In this document: positions 19,991 to 30,514 of the stretch, one piece after another
Position numbering within the stretch: the stretch's first letter is position 1
Layout of the letters: every line of letters begins with the position of its first letter
Source: an uncultured Actinomycetes bacterium
GTDB lineage: Bacteria; Actinomycetota; UBA4738; HRBIN12
Assembly: GCA_963771385.1 (NCBI GenBank)
Contig: CAVYTE010000016.1
Location: forward strand, 23,664-87,663
Direction: 5' to 3'
DNA: 64,000 bases
Notes under the pieces: generated by a model
The model's database searches: none
Told to the model about the DNA's origin: nothing
Seen by the model: only the letters and a program-made list of their open reading frames with translations
Position numbers and translations under genes: made by a program

Positions 19991-20443
19991 ATGCAGGTCC
20001 GCGACATCATGCACACCGATGTGAAGACGACCTCGCCCGGCGACACGTTCGAGCACGTCGCGACGATGCTCCACGACCACGGGATCTCGTCCGTCGTCGT
20101 CCTGGACGAGGAGAGCCTCGTCGGGATCGTGACGGAGCGCGACCTCGTGAACGTCGTGGCCGAGGGGCGCGACCCGAAGGCCACGACGGTCGGCGAGCGT
20201 ATGACGCGCGACCTCGACACCGTCGAGCCGAAGACCGACATCGCCGAGGCGGCCGAGCACATGGCGCGTTTGAAGATCCGTCACCTCCCGGTCGTGCAGG
20301 AGGGAGCGCTCGCCGGGATTATCTCGATCCGGGACCTGACGAACTGGGCCGTCCACGAGCTCACGTCCGGCCACGAGCTGCCCGACCTCGAACGCAGCCA
20401 CACCGCGTTGTCCGCCGCGGCCGAGGTCAACCGCGCGCAGTAG
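19991..20443 (+). CDS. CBS-pair domain protein
   Basis: 150 aa with two CBS motifs, ISSVVVLDEESLVGIVTERDL and IRHLPVVQEGALAGIISIRDL. Confidence 0.85.
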   Translation: MQVRDIMHTDVKTTSPGDTFEHVATMLHDHGISSVVVLDEESLVGIVTERDLVNVVAEGRDPKATTVGERMTRDLDTVEPKTDIAEAAEHMARLKIRHLPVVQEGALAGIISIRDLTNWAVHELTSGHELPDLERSHTALSAAAEVNRAQ

Positions 20444-20446
20444 CCC

Positions 20447-21757
20447 TCAGCCGGGATCCGCCGGCGTGGAACCGGCGGCTCGTTCGAACGGTCCGCGCGG
20501 ATGTTCGAGGGAGCCGAGCTGCGCGAGATCGCGCGGGAACAGCAGCGCGACCGTCCAGTCGACGGCGATCTTCACCTTCCGCGTTAGGGTCGGCATCGCG
20601 AGCAGGTGGTACGAGCGATGCGCGAACCAGGCGGGGAACCCACGCAACCGGACCCCGAAGATCGCCGCGACGCCCTTGTACCGTCCGAGCGAGCACACCG
20701 ATCCGATGCCTCGGTAGTCGAACGGTTCCAACGGCACCCCTCCGAGCGTCGCGAGGAGGTTGCCTGCCAGGTGTGTGCCTTGGCGCATCCCGTGCTGCGC
20801 GGTCGGGGGCATCGTGCCACCGGTTCCGACCTCGGGGACCGCCGCCGCGTCCCCGGCCGCCCACGCGTCCTCGACACCTTCGACACGGAGGTACACGTCG
20901 GTCCGGACCCGGCCGTCCCCGTCCACGGGGAACCCGGAGGCAGCCGCGAGCGGTGACGGCTTGACGCCGGCCGTCCACACGAGGGTGTCCGCCGGGAACG
21001 CCTGTCCGTCCGAGAGCCGGACCACCCCGCCCTCCGCGGAGTCGAGGCGGGTCCGGAGCAGCACCTCGATCCCGCGTTCCTCCAGCCGCGCTCGCGCGTA
21101 GTCGGCCAGGGCCGGTCCGAGCTCGGGGAGGATCTGGTCCGCGGCCTCGACGAGCACCCACCGAAGCTCGGGACGCCGGAGACCCCGGTAGCTCCGCACC
21201 GCGTCGCGCGCGAGGTCCTCGAGCTCGCCGAGCGCCTCGACCCCCGCGAAGCCGCCGCCGACGAAGACGAACGTCAGGGCGGCGAGGCGGCGCTCCGGAT
21301 CGTCTGCCACCTCGGCGAGGTCCAGGCGCGACAACACCCGGTTGCGCAGCCAGATCGCCTCCTGAACGGTCTTGAACCCCACCGCACGCTCCGCGAGCCC
21401 GGGGATCGGGAGCACGCGCGCCCAGGACCCGGCCGCGAGCACGACGACGTCGTAGTCGAGCGAGGTCTCCCGTCCGTCCGGCAACCGCACCGACGCGCGC
21501 CGGGATGCGTGGTCCACGCGCTCGACCTCACCGATCACGACCTCGCAGTGGCGGAGCACGCGGCGGAGCGGGACGACGACCGCGCGCGGGTCGATCGTTC
21601 CCGAGGCGACCTCGGGCAGGAACGGCTGGTACTGCATGAAGTTCTCGGGGTTGACGACCGTCACGCGGTGGCCGAGCGCGACCGCGCCTCGGAGCCGCAT
21701 CGCCGCGTACAGCCCCGCGAAGCCGGCGCCGACGACGAGGATCCGTTGCCCGGTCAC
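20447..21757 (-). CDS. ndh: Type II NADH dehydrogenase (NDH-2)
   Basis: 436 aa with two dinucleotide-binding motifs, ILVVGAGFAGL and FVFVGGGFAGVE, and C-terminal membrane-association helices. Confidence 0.9.
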   Translation of the reverse strand: MTGQRILVVGAGFAGLYAAMRLRGAVALGHRVTVVNPENFMQYQPFLPEVASGTIDPRAVVVPLRRVLRHCEVVIGEVERVDHASRRASVRLPDGRETSLDYDVVVLAAGSWARVLPIPGLAERAVGFKTVQEAIWLRNRVLSRLDLAEVADDPERRLAALTFVFVGGGFAGVEALGELEDLARDAVRSYRGLRRPELRWVLVEAADQILPELGPALADYARARLEERGIEVLLRTRLDSAEGGVVRLSDGQAFPADTLVWTAGVKPSPLAAASGFPVDGDGRVRTDVYLRVEGVEDAWAAGDAAAVPEVGTGGTMPPTAQHGMRQGTHLAGNLLATLGGVPLEPFDYRGIGSVCSLGRYKGVAAIFGVRLRGFPAWFAHRSYHLLAMPTLTRKVKIAVDWTVALLFPRDLAQLGSLEHPRGPFERAAGSTPADPG

Positions 21758-21819
21758 GCCTCGATGCTACGCGGCGACGCGGTACGGCTCGTACGCCGGC
21801 CGACCGGCCGGAGGGCCGC

Positions 21820-22653
21820 TCAGCGTCCGGCGAGCGCGCGGAGCCGTTCGAACGCGGCGGGCGAACACAGCGACGTTCCGAGCCGGATCGGTTCGTACCG
21901 CGTCCCGTGGCAGTCCGAGCCGCCGGTCGCCACGAGGCTCAGGCGGTCCGCCAGGTCCCGGTAGTGGGCTCGATCCTGTGGCGTGTGGTCCGTATGGTCG
22001 ACCTCGAGCCCGCTCATCCCGGCGGCCGCCATCGCCTCGATCAACGGTTCGGGGACCGAGCGCTCGTCTCCCCACATGCCGGGATGCGCGAGCACGCAGA
22101 CACCGCCGGCGCCGCGGATCAAGCCGACCGCGGCCACGGGATCCAGCGCGTGCTTCGGGACGTGCGCCGCGCGCCCGTCCGCGATGTATCGGTCGAACGC
22201 CTCCTGCTCGGTTCCGACCACGCCGGTCTCGACGATCGCCTGTGCGATGTGGGGCCGCACGATGTTGTCGCCGGCCGCGATCTCGCGGACGCGCTCGAAC
22301 GTCACCAGCACACCGAGCTCCCGGAGCCGCTCGACCATCAGCTCCCCGCGACGGAACCGCTCGTCGTGCAGCCGCTGCAGCTCCCGTTGCAGGGGTTCGT
22401 CTGCGATGTCCATCCAGTAGCACAAAACGTGGACGCTGGTCTGCTCGTACTCGGCCGAGAGCTCGACCCCGGGAACGACCTCGACCCCGACCTCGGCCCC
22501 CGTCGCCAGCGCCTCGTCGAGGCCGGCGGTCGTGTCGTGATCGGTCAGGGCGACGACGTCGAGATCGCGCGACGACGCCAGCCGCACGAGCTCGGGCGGG
22601 GTGAACGTCCCGTCGGAGAAGGACGAGTGGGTGTGCAGGTCGATCCCGGGCAT
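21820..22653 (-). CDS. PHP-domain metal-dependent phosphoesterase (TrpH/YciV-like)
   Basis: MPGIDLHTHSSFSDGTFTP...ALTDHDT...VLAHPG...GGSDCHG are the characteristic PHP His/Asp motifs. Confidence 0.85.
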   Translation of the reverse strand: MPGIDLHTHSSFSDGTFTPPELVRLASSRDLDVVALTDHDTTAGLDEALATGAEVGVEVVPGVELSAEYEQTSVHVLCYWMDIADEPLQRELQRLHDERFRRGELMVERLRELGVLVTFERVREIAAGDNIVRPHIAQAIVETGVVGTEQEAFDRYIADGRAAHVPKHALDPVAAVGLIRGAGGVCVLAHPGMWGDERSVPEPLIEAMAAAGMSGLEVDHTDHTPQDRAHYRDLADRLSLVATGGSDCHGTRYEPIRLGTSLCSPAAFERLRALAGR

Positions 22654-22686
22654 CGCGGGTCATGCTCGCAGACGGCCCGATGGCCG

Positions 22687-23703
22687 TCAGGTGCGCGCGA
22701 CGGAGGCGCTCGTGATGTCCGCGACCGTCCGCGTCCCCGCGAGCGTCATCACGTTCTCGAGCTCCTCGCGCAGGATCCGCAGGACGTCGTACACCCCGTC
22801 CTCCCCCGCCGCCGCGAGACCCCAGGCCGTCGGCCGCCCGACCAGCACGGCCGAGGCGCCGAGGGCCAAGGCCTTGAACACGTCGGTGCCACGGCGGAAC
22901 CCCCCGTCGACCAGGACCGGGATCCGTCCCTGCACCGCGTCCACGATCTCGGGCAGGACGGCGAGCGGCGCGGCGACCGCGTCGAGCTGACGAGCGCCGT
23001 GGTTCGAGACGACGATGCCGTCGACGCCGTGGTCGAGTGCGACCCGAGCGTCCTCGGCCGTCATGATGCCTTTGACGAGCAGCGGCAGCGGCGCCTGCTC
23101 ACGGATCCACGCGAGGTCGTCCCACCTGATGTTCGGGTCGAACACGAGATCGTCGTCCGGCAGGCCGACCGGCATCTCGAACCCACTGCGTGTGTCGCGG
23201 TGACGCAGACCCGCGACGGGGAAGTCGACCGTGAAGCAGATCGCCGCGTAGCCGGACGCGGCCACGCTCTTCAGCCGCTCCGCAGTGAACCCGCGGTCGG
23301 TGAAGATGTAGAGCTGCCACCACTTGGGGCCCTCGGCGGCGGACGCCACGTCCTCGAGGTAGGCCTGCGTCGTGGTCGAGACCACCATGATGGTGCCCGC
23401 GTGCGCGGCGGCACGCGCCGTCGCGAGCTCGCCGTCCGGATGCGCCATCTTCTGATACGCCCAGGGCGCGATGAGGATCGGCATCGCGATGCGAGATCCG
23501 AGCAGGTCGGTCGAGGGGTCGGGAGGATAGGCGCCCGTGAGCATCCTCGGTCGGATCACCCACCGCTCGAACGCCCGGCGGTTCTCGGCGAGCGTCCACT
23601 CGTCCCCCGCACCGCCCGCGTAGTAGTCGTACACGTCGCGCGGCAACCGCTCGCGCGCGACCGGCTCGTAGTCCTCGACGGTCACGAAGGGACGGTCGTC
23701 CAC
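22687..23703 (-). CDS. FMN-dependent alpha-hydroxy-acid oxidase/dehydrogenase (lactate/glycolate oxidase family)
   Basis: 338 aa: DYYAGGAGDEWTLAENRRAFERW..., VSNHGARQLD, GGFRRGTDVFKALALGA. Confidence 0.85.
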   Translation of the reverse strand: MDDRPFVTVEDYEPVARERLPRDVYDYYAGGAGDEWTLAENRRAFERWVIRPRMLTGAYPPDPSTDLLGSRIAMPILIAPWAYQKMAHPDGELATARAAAHAGTIMVVSTTTQAYLEDVASAAEGPKWWQLYIFTDRGFTAERLKSVAASGYAAICFTVDFPVAGLRHRDTRSGFEMPVGLPDDDLVFDPNIRWDDLAWIREQAPLPLLVKGIMTAEDARVALDHGVDGIVVSNHGARQLDAVAAPLAVLPEIVDAVQGRIPVLVDGGFRRGTDVFKALALGASAVLVGRPTAWGLAAAGEDGVYDVLRILREELENVMTLAGTRTVADITSASVART

Positions 23704-23721
23704 GAGCGAACCCTATCGGGC

Positions 23722-24537
23722 TCAGATCTGCGAGGCCGGGACCGCCGTCGGGAGCACCGTCTCCGAGGACGTGAACCGGAAGAACCCGTCCTCGAAGGCG
23801 ATCGTGCCGCGCAGGTAGGAGGGCGGGCAGCACGGCGGCTCGCCGTTCGGGTACTGGGCCGAGTACTCGGAGATCTCGCCCGCGGACACGACCACCGCGC
23901 CGCGGGCGGCAGGGTCCGGATGCGCGAGCACCTCCGGGAGGTTGGCCTGCGAGTAGCCGACGATGTCGTACTCGAGCGTCTGGGCCTCGTCGATCACCCG
24001 GAAGCCGACCAGGAGCTCGGACACGCCGTCGCCCGTGAGGTCGGTCGCGAGCACGTTCGCGTCGGACCAGCGCTCGCCCGTCGGGTCCGACGCCTCGAGC
24101 CACGCGACCCACCCGCCCGCGTCCCGCACGTAGCTAGAGACCCGAACGGTGAACGCCGGCGCGCCGGTCGGCGTCGTCGCCTGCTGGACGACCCAGACCA
24201 CCCGCTGGCCGCCCACGAGCACCTCGCCGCACCCACCGAGCGTCCCGGGCTCGATCAGCGCGGCGCACGTGGCGTTCGACGGCGCCGGGTTCACGGGCCG
24301 ATCGCCCTCCTGCAGGATCTGTCCCTCGCTCGAGATCGCCGGGGTCTCCCCCGGCGTGGGGGTCACGACCACCGGCGGCGCCACGGTCGCGGACGGCTCC
24401 GGGCTCGGCGAGGGCGATGCCAGCGAGCCTTCGTCGCCGTCATCGGTCCCGCCGATCAGGAACCCGAGCAGCAGTCCGACCCCGAAGACGACGACGGCGC
24501 CGACGATCACGGCCAGGCGGGCCTGTGGGTTCACCAC
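23722..24537 (-). CDS. Membrane-anchored hypothetical protein
   Basis: The GTG at 24537 gives VVNPQARLAVIVGAVVVFGVGLLLGFLIGG (one TM segment), then a Pro/Ser linker, then a globular domain with a DLTGDGVSELLVG (FG-GAP-like) stretch and a CCPPSY motif. It has been carved out of a longer spurious ORF. Confidence 0.55.
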   Translation of the reverse strand: MVNPQARLAVIVGAVVVFGVGLLLGFLIGGTDDGDEGSLASPSPSPEPSATVAPPVVVTPTPGETPAISSEGQILQEGDRPVNPAPSNATCAALIEPGTLGGCGEVLVGGQRVVWVVQQATTPTGAPAFTVRVSSYVRDAGGWVAWLEASDPTGERWSDANVLATDLTGDGVSELLVGFRVIDEAQTLEYDIVGYSQANLPEVLAHPDPAARGAVVVSAGEISEYSAQYPNGEPPCCPPSYLRGTIAFEDGFFRFTSSETVLPTAVPASQI

Positions 24538-24639
24538 ACCGACGCTACGACCCCGCCCGGACGCGGACAAGGACCCGCGGTTCGGACGCGACGCGGTGAG
24601 CACGGGCGGGCGAACGCCCACTGTTACGATGCGCGAGCC

Positions 24640-25221
24640 GTGGCGACCGCCGCCGACCTCCGCGCCGCCGTCTTCTTGAAGGTGGTGACGTGGGCACGCG
24701 TCGCGCTCGTCCCGGTGATCCTCGCGCTGATCCTCGCGGGCCCGGACGACGAGGACGCCTTCACCGTCGCCGCCGTCCTGTTCGCGATCGCGGCCCTCAC
24801 CGACTTCTTCGACGGCCTGCTCGCACGACGGTGGGCGCAGACGAGCGTGTTCGGCAACTTCCTCGACACGACGGCCGACAAGCTGCTCGTCTCCGGTGCG
24901 CTCGTCGGCCTGCTCGTGGTGGACCGGGTGTCGCCGTGGATCGCCCTGATCATCATCGGCCGCGAGGTGCTGATCATCGGCCTGAAGGGCGCCGTCGCCT
25001 CGACAGGCGACCTCGTCCAACCCTCTATGTGGGGCAAGGCGAAGGCGAACGTGCAGTTCCTCGCGATCTTCCTCGCGATCGTGCGGCCCGGTGAACCGAT
25101 CGGCGCCCTGTACATCGACCAGTACGCGATGATCGCGGCCGCGGCGATCACGGTGCTCTCGGGGATCGAGTACGTCGTGCGGTTCCGCGGCGCCATCACC
25201 ACCGGTGACCGGACGGCGTGA
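24640..25221 (+). CDS. pgsA: CDP-alcohol phosphatidyltransferase (PgsA-like)
   Basis: Carries the motif DFFDGLLARRWAQTSVFGNFLDTTADK (DGx2ARx8Gx3Dx3D) and multiple TM segments. The GTG at 24640 is the inferred start. Confidence 0.85.
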   Translation: MATAADLRAAVFLKVVTWARVALVPVILALILAGPDDEDAFTVAAVLFAIAALTDFFDGLLARRWAQTSVFGNFLDTTADKLLVSGALVGLLVVDRVSPWIALIIIGREVLIIGLKGAVASTGDLVQPSMWGKAKANVQFLAIFLAIVRPGEPIGALYIDQYAMIAAAAITVLSGIEYVVRFRGAITTGDRTA

Positions 25222-26288
25222 ACGGACCGGTCTTCCTGACCGGCGGCTCGGGGGTCGTCGGCCGGGCGATCCTCGAACGTCTCGTAGCCGACGGCCACGA
25301 CGTGCGGGCGCTCGCGCGATCGGACCCCTCGGCCGAGACCACCCGGTCGCTCGGTGCACGTCCCGTACGGGGCGATGTGCTGGACCCCTCGACGCTCACC
25401 GACGCGATGCGCGGGTGTTCCACCGTGTTCCACGTCGCCGGCGTGAACGCGATGTGCCAGCGCGACCCTCGCGGGATGCTCCGCACGAACGTCGAGGGGT
25501 CCGCGAGCGTGGTCCGCGCGGCGGCCGAGGCCGGCGCGGGTCGCGTCGTCCACACCTCCTCGTCCTCGGCGATCGGCGAGGCACGCGGCACCGTCGGCCG
25601 CGAGGACACGCCTCACCGCGGGAGCTACCTGTCCGAGTACGAACGATCGAAGCACCTGGCCGAGCGGCGCGTGCTCCAGCTCGCCCGGTCGCTCGCCGTC
25701 GACGTGGTGGTGGTGAACCCGTCCTCGGTGCAGGGCCCCGGGCGCGCGACGGGATCCGCCCGGCTGCTGCTCGACGTCGTGAACGGACGACTCCCCTTCC
25801 TGGTCGACACCACGATCTCGCTCGTGGACATCGCGGACTGCACCGAGGGCCACATCCTCGCCGCGGAGCGGGGGACACCCGGCGAGCGCTACCTCGTGTC
25901 GGGCGCGACGCTCACGACGCGGGAGGCGGTGGAACTGCTCCGGCGGATCTGGGGCCTGCGCCGGCACGTCCGCTTCGCGCCCGCGTGGCTCGCCCAGGGT
26001 GGCGGCACGGCGATCGGCGCCGGCGCTCGGCTCGTGCGTCGCGACCCTCCCGTGTGCCGCGAGGCCGTCCGGACCCTGCTCCACGGACACCGATACGACG
26101 GCTCGAAGGCCGTGCGTGAGCTCGGACTGCGGTACACGCCGGTCGAGATCACGCTGCCGCGCACGCTCGAGTGGTTCGCGGAGCGTGGCCAGATCCCCCG
26201 ACTCGCCGGCGGGCCCGAACGTAGGATGGTGGCCCGGCAGCCGCCGGCGCCCGACGGCCGACCGCAGGAGACGCGCGACGATGGATGA
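25218..26288 (+). CDS. NAD-dependent epimerase/dehydratase (extended SDR)
   Basis: Has a Rossmann motif, [13 protein letters not shown], and a YxxxK-type core. There is a GTGA overlap with pgsA and an ATGGATGA overlap with glpX. Confidence 0.85.
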   Translation: MNGPVFLTGGSGVVGRAILERLVADGHDVRALARSDPSAETTRSLGARPVRGDVLDPSTLTDAMRGCSTVFHVAGVNAMCQRDPRGMLRTNVEGSASVVRAAAEAGAGRVVHTSSSSAIGEARGTVGREDTPHRGSYLSEYERSKHLAERRVLQLARSLAVDVVVVNPSSVQGPGRATGSARLLLDVVNGRLPFLVDTTISLVDIADCTEGHILAAERGTPGERYLVSGATLTTREAVELLRRIWGLRRHVRFAPAWLAQGGGTAIGAGARLVRRDPPVCREAVRTLLHGHRYDGSKAVRELGLRYTPVEITLPRTLEWFAERGQIPRLAGGPERRMVARQPPAPDGRPQETRDDG

Positions 26289-27273
26289 CCGCCCCGACCG
26301 CAACCTCGCGCAGGAGCTGGTCCGGGTGACCGAGGCCGCGGCGCTCGCCGCGGGTCGCTGGGTCGGTCGAGGCGACAAGGCGGCGGCGGACCAGGCGGCC
26401 GTCGACGCGATGCGCCTGATGATCGACACGGTGGCGATGGACGGCGTCGTCGTGATCGGCGAGGGCGAGAAGGACGAGGCCCCGATGCTGTTCAACGGCG
26501 AGTCCGTCGGCACCGGCGACGGCCCCGGGTGCGACGTCGCGGTCGACCCGATCGACGGCACGAGGCTCACCGCGATGGGTCAGCCGAACGCGCTCTCGGT
26601 GATCGCGCTCGCCGAACGCGGGTCGATGTTCTTCCCCGGCGCAGCCGTCTACATGGAGAAGGTGGCGACCGGCCCGGAGGCGGCCGACGCGATCGACGTG
26701 ACGGCGCCGCCGGAGGAGAACGTTCGTCTCGTCGCCAAGGCCAAGGGCGTGCGCCCCGAGGAGATCGGCGTGGTGATCCTGGACCGCGATCGCCATGCGG
26801 AGATGATCCAGCGCGTGCGCGAGGCCGGCGCGCGCGTGTACCTGATCACCGACGGGGACGTCGCCGGCGCGATCTCGGCGGCCACGACCCGCCGGTCGGG
26901 CCTCGACCTGCTGCTCGGGATCGGCGGCACGCCCGAGGGTGTGGTGGCGGCGGCCGCGCTGAAGTGCGTGGGCGGCGCGATGCAGGGACGCCTGTATCCA
27001 CGCAACGACGACGAGCGGCGGCGGTTGCTCGACGCCGGCTTCGACATCGACCGGGTGCTCACGACCGACGACCTCGTCGCCGGCCAGGACGTCTTCTTCG
27101 CGGCGACGGGCGTCACGGACGGATCGCTGCTGCGTGGGGTGAAGTACTGGCCGGACGGCGCCACGACCTCCTCGATCGTGATGCGCTCGCGTTCGGGGAC
27201 CGTCCGGACCGTCGAGGCCGAGCACCGCTTCGAGAAGCTCGAGAAGTACTCGCCGATCGAGTACCGGCGCTAG
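26281..27273 (+). CDS. glpX: Class II fructose-1,6-bisphosphatase
   Basis: About 330 aa: [26 protein letters not shown]...VAVDPIDGT...GIGGTPEGV, typical of GlpX. Confidence 0.9.
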   Translation: MDDRPDRNLAQELVRVTEAAALAAGRWVGRGDKAAADQAAVDAMRLMIDTVAMDGVVVIGEGEKDEAPMLFNGESVGTGDGPGCDVAVDPIDGTRLTAMGQPNALSVIALAERGSMFFPGAAVYMEKVATGPEAADAIDVTAPPEENVRLVAKAKGVRPEEIGVVILDRDRHAEMIQRVREAGARVYLITDGDVAGAISAATTRRSGLDLLLGIGGTPEGVVAAAALKCVGGAMQGRLYPRNDDERRRLLDAGFDIDRVLTTDDLVAGQDVFFAATGVTDGSLLRGVKYWPDGATTSSIVMRSRSGTVRTVEAEHRFEKLEKYSPIEYRR

Positions 27274-27863
27274 CGCGACCGCTTCCGGACGAGACGCCAT
27301 GCGAGCGGGAGCAGCCCCGCGGCCGCGAGGAGCTTCAGCGTGTCCCCCACGATGAACGGGGCGAGCCCCTGCTCGAGCGCCTCCGTGAGCGAGAAGCCGG
27401 CCGCCTGCATGAGCCACGGGATCGCGACCGCGTACAGCACGACCTCGCCGAGGAACATCGCGCCGATCGAGCTCCGGATCGAGCGGTCCCAGCCGCGTCG
27501 AGCCAGCGCGCCAACGACCGCCGCCGACAGGACGAACCCCCACAGGTAGCCGCCGGTCACGGCCGACAGACGGAGGAACTCCGTCCCGGAATCCCCACCG
27601 GAGTAGAAGGGCAGCCCGATCGCACCCTGCGCGAGGTACAGCAGCATCGACGCGGCCCCGAGCCCGGGGCCGAGCGAGGCGCCGACGAGCAGGACGCCGA
27701 GCGTCTGCCCCGTGATCGGGACGGGCGTGAACGGCAGGTGGATCTCGAACTGCGCGAGGGCCGCGACGAGCCAGCTTCCGGCGAACGCGAGGAGCACGCG
27801 CCACGCGATCCTCGACCGGACGGCTGAGGGCGAGGCCGCGAGGGCCAGGGTCGTGGAGCTCAT
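27270..27863 (-). CDS. bioY: Biotin transporter BioY
   Basis: 197 aa, containing [19 protein letters not shown]...[17 protein letters not shown]...GYLWGF, a BioY signature. Confidence 0.9.
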   Translation of the reverse strand: MSSTTLALAASPSAVRSRIAWRVLLAFAGSWLVAALAQFEIHLPFTPVPITGQTLGVLLVGASLGPGLGAASMLLYLAQGAIGLPFYSGGDSGTEFLRLSAVTGGYLWGFVLSAAVVGALARRGWDRSIRSSIGAMFLGEVVLYAVAIPWLMQAAGFSLTEALEQGLAPFIVGDTLKLLAAAGLLPLAWRLVRKRSR

Positions 27864-27875
27864 CCCGACGCCACC

Positions 27876-28103
27876 CTATCCAGGGTCGCCACCCGGAGCG
27901 AGCACGTACACGCCCGTCCCCCGCTTCTCGAGCTCGCCCGACCGAACGCCCTCGGCGAGCGCCGTGAGCAGTCCCTTGCGCACCTCGGGCTGCTCGAACG
28001 GATCGACGTAGCCGCGCCGGAGCGCGAGGTCCTGGATCTTCGTCCAGTGCAGCGGCTCGCCCTCCTCGCGGAGCACGGCGATCGCGGCCTCGAGGAACTC
28101 CAT
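27876..28103 (-). CDS. Small HARE-type winged-helix protein
   Basis: 75 aa. MEFLEAAIAVLREEGEPLHWTKIQDLALRRG resembles the HARE-HTH domain found at the N-terminus of RNAP delta. Confidence 0.55.
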   Translation of the reverse strand: MEFLEAAIAVLREEGEPLHWTKIQDLALRRGYVDPFEQPEVRKGLLTALAEGVRSGELEKRGTGVYVLAPGGDPG

Positions 28104-29101
28104 CTAGAGCTCGTGCGCCGCCGGGAGCACCGCCTCGGCGAACACGTCGAGCATCGAGGGATCGGGCATCGCGAACCAGACCGGGGCGGGGCACACGATG
28201 AGCTCGCTCACCCCCAGCCCCGCGAACCGCTCGAGGCGTTCGAGCACCCGATCCGGCGTTCCCACGAGGCCGTCGATCCGCAGTGCGTCCAGCGGCGCCG
28301 CCACGTGGGCCGGGAGCCGCTCCCCGATGACCTCGTACCGGCGAACCACGTCCGCCTCGTCCTCACCCACGACCGTGAACAGGCCGAGCGAGAGGCGGAA
28401 CCGCGTCGGGTCGCGCCCCGAACGTTCGCACGCCTCGAGGGCGGCCGCGGCGCGAGGCGCGTACGCGTCCGGCGTCCACCGCCACACGGTGTTCCATCCG
28501 TCCGCGACACGGCCGGCGAGCCGCAGCAGCCTCGGGCCGCCCTTGCCGCCCACGAGCAGCGGCGGCGGCTCCTGCACGGGCCTCGGATGGTTATACGCCC
28601 CCGCATCTCGAACCGCTCCCCCCGGAACGAGGCCGGCTCGCCATCGAACAGCGCCGCGAGGTACCCGACGGTCTCCTCGAGCAGCCCGAAGCGCTCGCCC
28701 ACCGACCCGAAGGGATACCCGAAGCCCTCGAACTCGCCGGCGAACCACCCGGCTCCCAGGCCGAGGTCGAGACGGCCGGCGGACAGCCGGTCGATCGCCG
28801 ACGCCGACTTCGCGACCAGGGCGGGATGTCGGAAGCCGGCAGACAGGACGAGCGTCCCCAGCCGCACCCGTGACGTCATCTGCGCGAGCGCCCCGAGCGT
28901 CGCCATCGGTTCGAGCGACCCGTAACGCAGCGTCCCACCGCCGAGCCGATCGAGCGACACGAAGAAGTGATCGGACACCCACACCGAATCGAAGCCGAGG
29001 CGTTCGGCACGAACCGCCTCCGACGCGAGGGCCTCGAACGTCACCGGCGCGCCGGACGGGAGAGAGTAGTCGTAGTGCGGCAGCGCCAGGCCGACCCGCA
29101 T
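28104..29101 (-). pseudogene. LLM-class (luciferase-like, probably F420-dependent) oxidoreductase, 1-nt deletion in a homopolymer
   Basis: The N-terminal part is in ORF 28208..29101 (MRVGLALPHYDY...SVWVSDHF). The C-terminal part is in ORF 28104..28982 (PPLLVGGKGGPRLLRLAGRVADGWN). The junction GERFEMRG|AYNHPRP falls at the C5 run 28598-28602. The span is 998 nt (3n+2). Confidence 0.8.
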
Positions 29102-29105
29102 GCGC

Positions 29106-30500
29106 CTACAGGTACCGCAACACGTCCGCCGGCCCCGCCACCTCGACGCCGGGCGGGATCCGGATCCCGGACGGGAGCTTCAGCCTGGGGTAGACGGCGA
29201 CATCGTCGGCCAGGTGGACGCCCGGGTACACGAGGACCTCGTCGCCGAGCGCCACCCAGCGCTCGATCGAGGTCTGGTTGAAGGGCTCGGACCGGATCTC
29301 GGTCATCGAACCGACGACAGCATCGGAGAGGTGGGCGGACGGGCCGACGATCGCGCCGTCTCGGATCTGGGAGCGTTCGATCCACGCGTCGCGGTGTACC
29401 TCGATGTCGTCGTCGAGGTTCGAGTCCCGGATCCGCACGCCGGGGTGGATCTCGCAGAAGCGGCCGATCCGGACCGCGGGCCCGATCTCGACCCGCCCGT
29501 CCGCGATCTTCTCCGCGAGCGTCGCGCCGCTCGTCGAGTCGCGGAGCGACAGCGACTCGGGGGCGATCCAGACGTTGCGCTCGGGGTCGAACGGGGGCCC
29601 GAGCAGCCGGTCCACCGATTCGAACCTGCCCTGGAGCACCTCGACCATCGTCTCGAGGTAGTCACGCACGTTGCCGAGGTCGCCGATCCGTCGCACGGGG
29701 AACGCGGAGACGCGGTGCCCGTTGCCGACGAGCCACGGCAGGAGATCCTTGCCGAAGTCCAGGCGCCCTTCGCGCAACCGCGCGATCTCGGGATGGGCCG
29801 CGAGCTCGCGCAGGCGGCCCGTCTCGATGAGGTAGAAGCCGGCGTTCGTCATGAGCGGCAGGCGCCGGAACTCGTCCTCCGTGGCCGGCTCGAAGTGGGC
29901 ACGGATCTCGGCGAGCGTCGGCTTCTCGACGAACAACTGCACGCGGTCGTCCTCGTCCGCGATCAGGACGCCGTACTTCTCGGCGACCTCGTCGGGCTCG
30001 CGCATCATCGCCGCGATCGTGGCGATCGCACCGGACGCCCGGTGCGCCTCGAGCATGGGTGCGAGGTCGAAGTCGATCACCGAGTCGGTCGGGAACACGA
30101 GCGCGGTCTGCGTGACGTCCCAGTGGTCCATCATCCGCAGCGCCGAGTCGGCGCTCCCCGTCGACAGCGTGTCGTACTTGACGGGCGAGTACTTCACGTC
30201 GACGCCGAAACCCTCGCCGTACCCGATCAACACCTTGATCTGGTAGCGGTTCTCCTTGCCGTGCGCGATGACGTAGTAGTCCTTGATCCCCTCGCTCGAT
30301 AGCATCTGGATCACCCACCGGATCAGCCGGCGACCGAGGAACGACATCGCGGCCTTCGAGCGCAGGTAGCCGGGCGCCTTGAGGGTGAGCGGGCGGGCGC
30401 GCGTCCCCTGCCCGCCGGCGAGACCGAACCCGACGACCTCGGACACCTCCGGCATGAGGCCGCCATGATAGGAGGCTTCGCTTCCGGGCATCCGAGGCAA
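29106..30500 (-). CDS. NDP-sugar pyrophosphorylase-like nucleotidyltransferase with C-terminal left-handed beta-helix
   Basis: Carries the motif GLAGGQGTRARPLT (GxGTRxxPLT), an NTP-transferase core, and hexapeptide-like repeats at the C-terminus. The start codon is uncertain (30500, 30491 or 30455). Confidence 0.75.
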   Translation of the reverse strand: MPRMPGSEASYHGGLMPEVSEVVGFGLAGGQGTRARPLTLKAPGYLRSKAAMSFLGRRLIRWVIQMLSSEGIKDYYVIAHGKENRYQIKVLIGYGEGFGVDVKYSPVKYDTLSTGSADSALRMMDHWDVTQTALVFPTDSVIDFDLAPMLEAHRASGAIATIAAMMREPDEVAEKYGVLIADEDDRVQLFVEKPTLAEIRAHFEPATEDEFRRLPLMTNAGFYLIETGRLRELAAHPEIARLREGRLDFGKDLLPWLVGNGHRVSAFPVRRIGDLGNVRDYLETMVEVLQGRFESVDRLLGPPFDPERNVWIAPESLSLRDSTSGATLAEKIADGRVEIGPAVRIGRFCEIHPGVRIRDSNLDDDIEVHRDAWIERSQIRDGAIVGPSAHLSDAVVGSMTEIRSEPFNQTSIERWVALGDEVLVYPGVHLADDVAVYPRLKLPSGIRIPPGVEVAGPADVLRYL

Positions 30501-30514
30501 CGAGGGAGGCAGGC

